IMG/VR virus record: IMGVR_UViG_3300043028_000007
Coordinates: 67,899 to 131,898 of that record
Length of the DNA: 64,000 bases
Origin: a virus
Reading direction: 5' to 3' (one strand)
In this document: positions 1 through 9,056 of the stretch, piece by piece
Layout: the number at the start of each line of letters is the position of its first letter
Position numbering within the stretch: position 1 is the stretch's first letter
Translations under genes and position numbers: made by a program
The notes under the pieces: model-generated
What the model was told of the DNA's origin: nothing
What the model saw: only the letters and a program-made list of their open reading frames with translations
Databases searched by the model: none

Positions 1-6
1 AAAATA

Positions 7-1212
7 TTGGTATCGTTAATTGGTAAAACATATATGGGAACAACTGTTACTATGTCAGCCACATATCAAGGCGAATTAAGCGGGCTCTCTATATATGACT
101 TATACTTAGATACAAATTATCATATAGAAGATGCTAATATAGGTATAGATGGTTTTGTTACTAATAGCGATATAGCTATAACGCAATATTTTAATTTACA
201 GAGTTACTTTGAAATAGTAGTAGCTATAGATAAAGATGTAGTTAAAGATAATCCTTATATCACTGATGATCAAAAAATAACAAAAGATCTCAATCCAAGA
301 TACTCCAATTACATAGGAGTAACTAAACAAAAGGTATTATGTACTTTTGGTAGCGAACTAACAGACAATTTACATACGAATGTGAATATTAATATGAGTA
401 ATGTAGACTACCTCAGATACACTACCGATATAATAAGAACTCATCAAAAAGATGTCTATGAGACTAATCCAGACGGTAGCTTAAAAATATTGGACGTAGT
501 CGATGGAAAGATAATATTAAATAAGTTACATAGTGCTGGAGACCCAGTATATAAGGATGGTCAACCAGATATAATTTATCCGTCTGGATCAATAGTACAT
601 GATGAAAATGGTGAAGCTGTAATAGACCAAGAAAGCACCCATATTTATTATATCCGTAGTCTTCATATAAATCTTAAGTTGTTTTATGTTGAAGACCCAA
701 TCTACAAGAATTTTAATGAGCAGATAACTAATACCATACGAACTCATTTAGCTAAAATAGCAGAGATAAAGAAAGATGTTCTATTAGAAAGAACATCGTT
801 GTATTTTGAACCTATCAAAACTATGGGACTTGGTAGTTTTAGTTTAGGAGACAATAAGAGAATAGATATGAAGCTTGACTTATCTTTTAAGTTCTCATTT
901 TATGTTCCAGACTACGTATATGTCGATAATACTATATTAGATATGATAAGAAATGTTACTATAAATATAATCAATAGTAATTTGACTAAAGAAACTATAT
1001 CAGTAACTAATATCTCCGAAGAAATAAAAAGTACTCTAGGAGATTATATCTATTCTATGGATGTAGGGGGAATTAATGATGATATATTGCTCCAAACACT
1101 CATAGTTAACGATAAGGCTACCAAGCCTATTATTAGAAATAAATTAGTTTATGAAAACAATATCCTTAATCTTATAGAAGATGTCGATATTAAGTTCATA
1201 AAAGCTACCTAA
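7..1212 (+). CDS. C-terminal part of a large virion structural (baseplate-like) protein, probably truncated at the window edge
   Basis: The frame is open from the window start and ends just before a hairpin at 1224-1258. The C-terminus (SMDVGGINDD...LQTL...DVDIKF) and its position in the virion module resemble jumbo-phage baseplate proteins (inference). Confidence 0.5.
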   Translation: MVSLIGKTYMGTTVTMSATYQGELSGLSIYDLYLDTNYHIEDANIGIDGFVTNSDIAITQYFNLQSYFEIVVAIDKDVVKDNPYITDDQKITKDLNPRYSNYIGVTKQKVLCTFGSELTDNLHTNVNINMSNVDYLRYTTDIIRTHQKDVYETNPDGSLKILDVVDGKIILNKLHSAGDPVYKDGQPDIIYPSGSIVHDENGEAVIDQESTHIYYIRSLHINLKLFYVEDPIYKNFNEQITNTIRTHLAKIAEIKKDVLLERTSLYFEPIKTMGLGSFSLGDNKRIDMKLDLSFKFSFYVPDYVYVDNTILDMIRNVTINIINSNLTKETISVTNISEEIKSTLGDYIYSMDVGGINDDILLQTLIVNDKATKPIIRNKLVYENNILNLIEDVDIKFIKAT

Positions 1213-1223
1213 AAGCATATACA

Positions 1224-1258
1224 TATAACTAGGTGAGGGTTTCCCTCACCTAGTTATA
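1224..1258. terminator. bidirectional intrinsic terminator hairpin
   Basis: Perfect inverted repeat TATAACTAGGTGAGGG-ttt-CCCTCACCTAGTTATA between convergent genes. Confidence 0.8.
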
Positions 1259-1649
1259 GCTTACGCAATTTTATCTTACCTTTTAATTCATTTATACCAG
1301 TTCCATTATTAAGTATAGTTATTTTCTTATAATGGAAAGTACAGTATTGTTTCTTAAAATCATATACGATCTTTAAACTATATTCGGATTTCTTATCTTT
1401 AATTTCATCAGAAAATGTTATCGTATTTACGCCTCTTTTATGACTACATTCTTTAGGAATTATGTCTTTCAAGGTATCTACCTTAGTAGTACTAAATAAT
1501 CTAGCTTTTATAGTACCCGGTAAAGTTTCTATATTGTAATTAATTTTATCTAATTCTAAAGTTATTTTAATATGAGACCCATTTATTAATATCGAACCTT
1601 TTGGCTTTTCCTGAGAAAGTATCTTACCTAATAAAATTATGTGGTCCAA
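1254..1649 (-). CDS. hypothetical protein
   Basis: The ORF track gives 1254..1718, but that start lies inside a hairpin. A GGAGG ribosome-binding site precedes a TTG at 1649, which is the more likely start. Confidence 0.55.
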   Translation of the reverse strand: MDHIILLGKILSQEKPKGSILINGSHIKITLELDKINYNIETLPGTIKARLFSTTKVDTLKDIIPKECSHKRGVNTITFSDEIKDKKSEYSLKIVYDFKKQYCTFHYKKITILNNGTGINELKGKIKLRKL

Positions 1650-1705
1650 AGTCTTTCCTCCATAATTGACAGAAATAATTATAATATTGGCTACTAAAAA
1701 TAATA

Positions 1706-1730
1706 AGTTAAGGGCCAATGGCCCTTAACT
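1706..1730 (-). terminator. intrinsic terminator hairpin after the RNAP beta gene
   Basis: AGTTAAGGGCCA-a-TGGCCCTTAACT followed by a T-rich run on the minus strand. Confidence 0.7.
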
Positions 1731-1830
1731 ATGTCTATAGAGATAAGAATACCAAACAAATAAAAGGAGAAATTTGTTTTCTATATACTAACTGGCATCT
1801 TATTTGTATCATAGACAATATGTCCATATT

Positions 1831-2973
1831 TTAATTTTCCATAATATCTATTATCATCTCATCGACTTTTTCGAATATTCTTTGTAATATACCAACTCTA
1901 AATACAGAAGTTACTTTCCTATTATTGATGCTGTAACATCCGAATACTCCTTCTACTTCTATTCCATCTGTAGTCTGTATCTTTTCATCAAAAACATTAG
2001 CTACTACACTTTTAAGCGAGCTATCGAATACTACTTTATCTCCCACACCACAGGTAATTTCCTCTGTAATATAGAAAAAGAATGCTACTGTATCTTCGTC
2101 AAATTCTATACCTTTTAATTTAGTTCCTTTAGGCACTATATTTGGTTTAGGATATTCATTTTCTCTTCCAATAGATTTTGCATAATTACTTTTTTGTAAT
2201 TTCTCTTTATTAGCTTCATTTACAAGCTTAGCTAAGCTAGGAGACATCTCTTCAATGGGACAACTATAATAAACTTCTATTTTACTAATATACCCACTGT
2301 TCTTAGCTCTGGGCATTTTCTTATTTATTTCTAGAAGATATTCATAACTTTCTTCATTATCCATAATACTTAAGTCACTTATATCTTCATCTTCTATAAC
2401 ACATATATAGTCAGTATTTTTTATATACTGATTAAGTTTAGCCATCTCATACACTTTGGTATTTTTAGAGAGCTTTATTGCTCTAAGATGAGTTGGTTTC
2501 ATAGATAATTTGTCACCAAGTTCTTTACATATACCAGAACTATCTTCTATGGTATCGTCATTATCTATTAAAGCTATATTGGCATGTACACCATGTTTCC
2601 ACATAACCTGTTTACTATCATTGTCTTTTACAAAGAATCCCGGGTTATATGCAACTATATCGCCACGCTTTATATTTTCATTTAACTTAACGTTTAGTTC
2701 TATTTTCTGGTCAAGATATAGACCACCTACAGAACCTTGTTCAGTTCCAAATTTGATTATATCTGTTTCACCATTTTTATACTTGATAGTGACTAACTTG
2801 AGTTTGTCATTTATATCTATTACCTTACCATCATCCTTTGCTGGAGATGCAAACATAGGTCCAGATAGATGAGGTAGAACTAATTCATATCCAGTTCTTA
2901 CTCTAGATACCTCTCCATTATCACAAGGAACATGATGGGAAAGCTGTATATTGATAAAGTTGATTCTTTTTGG
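1831..2973 (-). CDS. rpoB: virion RNA polymerase beta subunit (phiKZ gp178-like), exon 2
   Basis: Begins PKRINFINIQLSH and contains RpoB motifs VRTGYE, TIEDSSGI, GDKVVF and SINNR. It joins in frame to exon 1 (HDD|PKR) after intron removal. Confidence 0.9.
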   Translation of the reverse strand, partial: PKRINFINIQLSHHVPCDNGEVSRVRTGYELVLPHLSGPMFASPAKDDGKVIDINDKLKLVTIKYKNGETDIIKFGTEQGSVGGLYLDQKIELNVKLNENIKRGDIVAYNPGFFVKDNDSKQVMWKHGVHANIALIDNDDTIEDSSGICKELGDKLSMKPTHLRAIKLSKNTKVYEMAKLNQYIKNTDYICVIEDEDISDLSIMDNEESYEYLLEINKKMPRAKNSGYISKIEVYYSCPIEEMSPSLAKLVNEANKEKLQKSNYAKSIGRENEYPKPNIVPKGTKLKGIEFDEDTVAFFFYITEEITCGVGDKVVFDSSLKSVVANVFDEKIQTTDGIEVEGVFGCYSINNRKVTSVFRVGILQRIFEKVDEMIIDIMEN

Positions 2974-3127
2974 CAATGTGTTCAGATTTGTTCAGTAGAC
3001 AAATCCCGTATATTTAAATACTGCTTTAGATTTCTCTAAAGATCAGACTATATCTTCACCATTTAAGGTGTCTCCCATTTCCCAAACCTTTGTTCGGTAC
3101 TGGCTGATAAGGCCATAGTCGTTGAAC

Positions 3128-3652
3128 TTAGGAATTTATAACGTAATTGAACTCAGTCTTTTTTTCGTTTAAGTATTCTTTGGCTAATCTAAAGGCTTTA
3201 TTTTTACCTAGCTTATTTATGTTAAACTGCTTAGTAATTCTTTTACCTTCATTATTAGTCAAAGATACTCTATAATACTCGTAACTACCATTTTTCCTAT
3301 ACGCTATACCTACAACACCAGTATTATTTCTATTAAACTTGTGTCTATTTCTAGCATTTAGTGAAGCAGTAATAAATCTTAAATTACATTTCCTATTATC
3401 TAATGTATTACCATTTATATGGTCTACATAAAACTTAGTGTTTGTCTCTACATTAAGTATAATAGAAGCAATAGATTTACCGTATTTTTTTGCTTGGTAG
3501 GCGTATCCAGTATTAGATACTCTTATTTTACCAATTTTAGCTAAGTCCTCGGTATCTACCTTCACAATATGGCAATATATGTTACGATTATTATTACTTT
3601 TGACTTTTATTTCTGTGTATCCATTACACATTTTTAATTCATTTATTAACAT
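3128..3652 (-). CDS. intron-encoded HNH homing endonuclease with C-terminal AP2-like DNA-binding domain
   Basis: HNH motif VDHINGNTLDNRKCNLR...N.RN followed by NNTGVVGI...KQFNINKLG..KAFRLA (AP2-like). It lies between intron elements Q and R (P6 loop). Confidence 0.9.
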   Translation of the reverse strand: MLINELKMCNGYTEIKVKSNNNRNIYCHIVKVDTEDLAKIGKIRVSNTGYAYQAKKYGKSIASIILNVETNTKFYVDHINGNTLDNRKCNLRFITASLNARNRHKFNRNNTGVVGIAYRKNGSYEYYRVSLTNNEGKRITKQFNINKLGKNKAFRLAKEYLNEKKTEFNYVINS

Positions 3653-3840
3653 ATCCTCATATCCTTTATGGGGTTTACGTTATCTCATTCCTTTAGCTGC
3701 TGATTTTCCAATTCTCTAACTTTTTAAACCGTCACGCTTACTATTACTAGTTACGTTGTGGTATAGAGACTCTAAGGAGGTTCCAGCAATTAGAGAGAAT
3801 TCCGTCTAGAAGTTTCCTTCTAGTGGGACCCATTGTTTCT

Positions 3841-3962
3841 TTAAAATGGATAATAACCATATTTACAGTTATCGGCAAAAACTTTCTTACCATTCGACTT
3901 TAATCGATTATTTCATAATAACCGGGGAATTTTGCCGATTCCTTCAATTGATTATTTTCCAT
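3841..3962 (-). pseudogene. internally deleted remnant of a second intron ORF (probable homing endonuclease) in the P1 loop
   Basis: ATG start gives MENNQLKESAKFPGYYEIID*, overlapped in a shifted frame by LKSNGKKVFADNCKYGYYPF*. It sits between the two P1 arms (ATTGTTTC / GAAACAAT). Confidence 0.5.
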
Positions 3963-4027
3963 AGTTTATCCTTTCGAGTTATATCGTAAAAGGATAAACT
4001 TTAATTTTATACGAAACAATTTCCTTG

Positions 4028-7000
4028 ATCATCATGTGTCGCTCCAGGCATAAGTGCAGCAGTTACACTTAATGCTTCAGTTGGTTCAACTTTATCTAAA
4101 TCTTCTTTTATACCCAATGTCCCATATAAGCTAGTTATATTTGGATCCATACTAAGATAACCATTGATAGCTACTTTCCCACTATCGGGAACTGCTTCTG
4201 AAACTATACCTACACCATCTTTAGGGAATTGTCTATCTGACATAACGAAAGATTGTGCAGTTCTACCTCCTACTCCAGTAAAAGTAAAGCCAGTTTTTTC
4301 TTTAATAGCATGTACTGGATTTATTTCTTCTACAGCTATAACGGCATTGTCCTGTATGATCCTCTGGAGTACAGCTTCTGGATTTATGGAAAAAGCATTA
4401 TTCTTATTCTTTTTGTTTTTATAGGAAGCAAGGGATCTTGCTATTTCATCATAAAGTATAGAGTTTAATCTACTATAAGACCTAAGTATGTGATTTTTCA
4501 TAGAAGATGGTTCTATATATTCTTCAGTAGTAAGTAATACAGTTGCTCTTATCAGTAGGTCTCTTATATTAGTTGGTTCACCTAAGGTATCTAATATCCC
4601 TATAGTAATAGGATCTAAGAAAGTATCATAAAAAGTATCGATACCGATCATATAATTTGTACTTAATCCTTTTTCAGATAATAGACTAAAATAAGCATCT
4701 TTATTATCTAATTCATTTAGTTCCACTTGATTTAATTTATAGTTAAGTAATCCAGCAACTATTAAACTCTTTTCTAAAGGATACCGATCTATAACGAGAG
4801 TCTTATCTTTAAATCTGATACTGATCTCTGAAGGAGAGGTATCGATTTTCTTACCTTTATCTATAGTTCTGTAATTTATATTAAGATATTTTAAAGTATT
4901 AGTGAATCCAAAACGATATGCGAGCACGAATATAATTGGTATTCTTTTATCAAATATCTTAAGATCAGTCCATTCGCTAACCATAGGTATTCTGACGCTA
5001 GTGTCTGTTTGATCATAGATAAGCTCACATAGTGTTGTCGTATCTTTGATTTCTTTGTTTATCGAATCATAGACCCTAATGTAGTTATCTAAGCCCATAA
5101 ATAAATAATCGTTGTTACCTATCCTACCGCACAGTACACCATGTTCTTTTTCAAGAGATTCGGTTTCTATCTTCTTAATATTTAGTTCATCTCTATTATC
5201 AAAATCAGTAGAGATTATAACTTTGTTTTTAGGTATTTCCAAAGTAGAATAAATTTTTCCTAATTGGGTATATTCATATGGTAATTTTTGTTTATATTCT
5301 CTATTACCTAATGAAGTTTGTATAGTCAGTTTTTCTTCATTTATCTTTTCTATTAGATTTTTTATATATACATTAAAGCTATGGGCTTTAGTTGTATTTC
5401 TTTCAATGAGTGTCTTATAGCTTGCGGCTAAACTAACTCTGGTATCACTTAGTTTACATATTGGCGTATTAATAAACTGAGGCTTCATACGAGATTTGAT
5501 ACCATTTATTTTAAAAGTCCCGTCGGGTTCTATAATGGGCATCTTGGCTGATAAAGTACCTACCTTGCCTTCTTCATTTTCGTATTGGATTTTATAAGTT
5601 CTTATCTTATTTAACTCATCTATTTGATCACTATATTTGAGATCTAAAAGATATAATCCATTCTTATTAAAGTGAGTAACGACTTGGACCAGATGTTTTT
5701 CAAATACTTTTTCCATGTAATATTGGTCGAAATCCATAATAGATGATTTAAGCATCGATTTGTCTAAAACTTTATCATCTAAAAAATCCAATTCTCTTTT
5801 GACTACTGTGGTGTCTATAGGAGTTTCTAATATCTCTTGTATTGTTTTATCGCCTAACTTAATCTCCTTATACTTATTGGCTCGGATCTTTAACCTGTTT
5901 TTTTGAGCAGGAGTTATATTAGGTATCGACTCGATATACTTATCTGCCTCTTTATTTTTTTCTTTTTCGATTTGAACAACTATATCTTCATCAGGTGTTC
6001 TTTCTTTTATTTCATCGATTCTCTTTTTTCTACTCTCATCTATAATGGTATCTGGTAGTTTGTCAGGTAATCCCGGATCACTAGGAGCTATTATAACAGA
6101 GGAACTCTCCTCTTGAGACATTTCTTTCATAGATATTCTAGTCTCCAAATCTAACCCTTCAGACTCTTCATCTACACTTACCTTAAGCATATTGATATAA
6201 TTGATTATTCTAGTAATTAGACTACTCTCACTAGATAATTCCTTAAGTGTTTCTAGATTCAATATAATAGCTTTATTATGAATAGTGAATATGAAGTTGG
6301 TTTTAGGATAATGAGCTTTAGGCAAATAAGAAAATACAGACTTAAGTTTAGCCTTATCTGATAAGAGAGCTAATAGATGACATATAAGATAAAATGTATA
6401 ATCATCATATTTAGTTAACTCATTACTCATTTCTTCTGAGATAATCTTTAGATACTTGTCTCGATTATAGATAGTTTCTATTAAAGGTATTTCTATGTAC
6501 TGTGAGAACTCCAATGGGATGCTAGAGATATTCTTAATTATGGATTTTAGTATAACCAAGAATCTCTTATATTCTGAAAATCGTCCAAGTACCTTCGTAT
6601 TCCATAGAGGGTTATGATTAATGACTTTCTCATAATTAGTTTTATCATAGAGATCAGTTAACTTATCTATAGGTTTGATGAATGATCTATATTCTTTTGT
6701 AAATTCACGTATATTTTTTTCTACTAGAGTAGTTCTATATATGAAGCTTTCTTTATCATATATTTTGTCTTGTTTATTGATAATATCCGTATTATGATAA
6801 ATAAACCCTTTTCTCTTACTGTTATTTAGAAAAACATTTTGAGTTATCATAGGGGTATCTTGTACATTTAAAGTCTTTATATTGTCTAAAAGATGAAGTA
6901 TACTTCTTTTAGGCAATATTATGTCGTTATCTAATGTTACTATTTTACTTCCTATATCAGATTTACGAAAACTGATATAATTTCGTTTAAATTGATCTTC

Positions 7001-7033
7001 AGTAATATGCTCTAAAGCAGAAATTAATTCCAT
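4028..7033 (-). CDS. rpoB: virion RNA polymerase beta subunit (phiKZ gp178-like), exon 1
   Basis: Motifs MPIIEPDGTFKING, TFTGVGGR, GIVSEAVPDSGKVA and LMPGATHDD. The last 7 codons of the ORF-track call are intron sequence. Confidence 0.9.
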
Positions 7034-7088
7034 ATAATTCTCCTATATATTTAGTATATATTTTTATAGAATAAGTTGCTCATGTAGA

Positions 7089-7122
7089 ACATAACAAGGG
7101 GACATATGTCCCCTTGTTATGT
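7089..7122 (-). terminator. intrinsic terminator-like hairpin
   Basis: ACATAACAAGGGGACATATGTCCCCTTGTTATGT, a perfect palindrome right after the 643-aa gene. Confidence 0.7.
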
Positions 7123-7124
7123 AT

Positions 7125-9056
7125 TTATCTATGTGCTATGTCTTTTCCTAAATCATAAGTCGGTCTAAATGCTGAGTATATCCTAGCGAGTTTCATGTTA
7201 CTAAATTTAAATCCCCAAGCATATGGATTAAGTTTATTCTGTCTCCATACTTGTTTAGTTATAGCAACCCTTCTTTTAAGGTTACGGGTCCACAATATTC
7301 TTTCTTCTAGTCCAGCTCCAGATAAGGTAAGTAAATATTCTTGAAAGGAACTATTTTGTCCTAAGATATTTCTCCACTTACTGTCTGTAGCTAAAGTTAA
7401 GTACATAGCTTTACTTAGATCTTTTATAGAAAAAGATATATTTAATTTAGTTGGTAAATTGTCCATAGTCCAACCATTTTCACTGTCGCCTCTGGTAATA
7501 GTTAAACTATCTACAATACCCATAGGGATACTAAATAGACCAGGACAATGTACCTGACAGATAAAAGGTGACGTATATGAGTTTGGACCAATAGCTCTTG
7601 GTAAAGCTCCCGCTAAAATACAAGCCAAAGGTATATACAAAGATCTCATTATTGTAACTGGGTCCTTATATACAGCAAATAAAGACATATCGAAACTATG
7701 AGATACACTAAATTCACTATCTAAATATATATCTGGTATATCTATTTTGCCAGAACCTATGAAAGCTTTAGCTAATCCATCTATACCTACAGCTTGTGTA
7801 GTACCATCGAATATTCCTTTAACAGCTCCAGTAAATCCGTCTATTACACCAACGCCAGTTTTACCGCCTGCAAAGCTAAATTTAGCATCTGCTGAAGCCT
7901 GTGCTTTGGTATTTAACATGGATGCTAGAGAACTCTCTCCTGTTGAGTTAGAGAAAGATTCTGACATAGCATCTCCTTTCTCTACCCTAAATCCTACGTA
8001 AGAAAGAGTTCTTCTTAGACCACTATCTGCACCTTGTTTAAATTTCTCATACCAAGACATCTCATTTTCATCATAATGTGAGAACGACTTGTTGGCATGA
8101 CCTTGTTGTAATTGTTCTATTAGATCATCTAAGTTTTCCGGATTGGTATCGGCTATCCTATTGTATTTATACTTCCTCATAAGGATAGCGTAGATATCGA
8201 ATCCTTCTTTACCTAACATACTTTTTTCACCGGTTTCACTAGCCTGTTCAGCGGCTAGCTCGTCGTATGTTTTATCACTATTAGGAGCACCAGTATGTTT
8301 ACTATCTGCACCACCATTCTCAACCAGACCCATGTTAATGGCTAAATGAGCTAACATGGTATTCACTGCCTTGTAATATAGAGGCATAGTTTCTCTGAAA
8401 TCATAATATTTACTAGGCTTTAATTTAGTCAAATTAGGTATTATATTTACAACTTTCCATAAAGCTATTATAGGTAGAAAAGGTAATGTCACTATGATAC
8501 CTGCTGTAACTCCAAATAACCTACCTAAGTTAGCTACTGAGAATATATCTCCATCTGCCATCATATTGGACAACTCACCATCGATAGCATCTTTATAGAA
8601 CTTAAATGCACCCATAAAATTGGGTACACCGAAGCTCATATACATGATCTTCTGTTTATCATCGATCATTTCACTATATACCCTCCCCATACCAGTTAAA
8701 CCAGTTTCGTCACCTATACTGGTATGGGGATGTACTAAGTCTGTATCTTCATTAAATTGGTATAAGCAATTTAAAGCATCGTTTCCTCCTAAAGTAGTAT
8801 CTCTGTACTTCTTACTCATATATTCTTTAGGAATTGGAGCTTCATCGCTTTCACCAGCAGTATCTATTAACGAACGCATACCGGGCAATAGCACTGGATT
8901 AAATCCAGTTGAATTATACGATTCGTCTTTAAGTATATGTTCGGCCATATCTTTAAATGATTCAAAAGATCTGGTCAACACGACTGTATTAGCGTTCCTT
9001 ACCCATTTTCCTGCGTCTGGGAAAACTCCAGGAAAAGTATTATCTGTATCAGTCAT
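7125..9056 (-). CDS. virion structural protein (phiKZ gp182-like, tail tip/baseplate)
   Basis: Motifs DTTLGGNDALN..QF, ESFSNSTGES, LAGALPR..G..SYTSPF and GIVDSLTITRG. It is translationally coupled downstream of the gp181-like gene, as in phiKZ-like phages. Confidence 0.7.
   Translation of the reverse strand: MTDTDNTFPGVFPDAGKWVRNANTVVLTRSFESFKDMAEHILKDESYNSTGFNPVLLPGMRSLIDTAGESDEAPIPKEYMSKKYRDTTLGGNDALNCLYQFNEDTDLVHPHTSIGDETGLTGMGRVYSEMIDDKQKIMYMSFGVPNFMGAFKFYKDAIDGELSNMMADGDIFSVANLGRLFGVTAGIIVTLPFLPIIALWKVVNIIPNLTKLKPSKYYDFRETMPLYYKAVNTMLAHLAINMGLVENGGADSKHTGAPNSDKTYDELAAEQASETGEKSMLGKEGFDIYAILMRKYKYNRIADTNPENLDDLIEQLQQGHANKSFSHYDENEMSWYEKFKQGADSGLRRTLSYVGFRVEKGDAMSESFSNSTGESSLASMLNTKAQASADAKFSFAGGKTGVGVIDGFTGAVKGIFDGTTQAVGIDGLAKAFIGSGKIDIPDIYLDSEFSVSHSFDMSLFAVYKDPVTIMRSLYIPLACILAGALPRAIGPNSYTSPFICQVHCPGLFSIPMGIVDSLTITRGDSENGWTMDNLPTKLNISFSIKDLSKAMYLTLATDSKWRNILGQNSSFQEYLLTLSGAGLEERILWTRNLKRRVAITKQVWRQNKLNPYAWGFKFSNMKLARIYSAFRPTYDLGKDIAHR

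Larger units (their letters stand above)
2974..4027 (-). mobile_element. group I self-splicing intron (IA-type) in the vRNAP beta gene
   Basis: Minus-strand core elements are P AATTGCTGGAA, Q AATCAGCAG, R GTTCAACGACTA and S AAGATATAGTC. The 5' exon ends in U (GAU|C) and the intron ends in G (ATTG|CCA). The internal guide UGGGUC gives the P1 U.G pair and P10 with CCA. Removal restores ATHDD-PKRINF. Confidence 0.92.
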
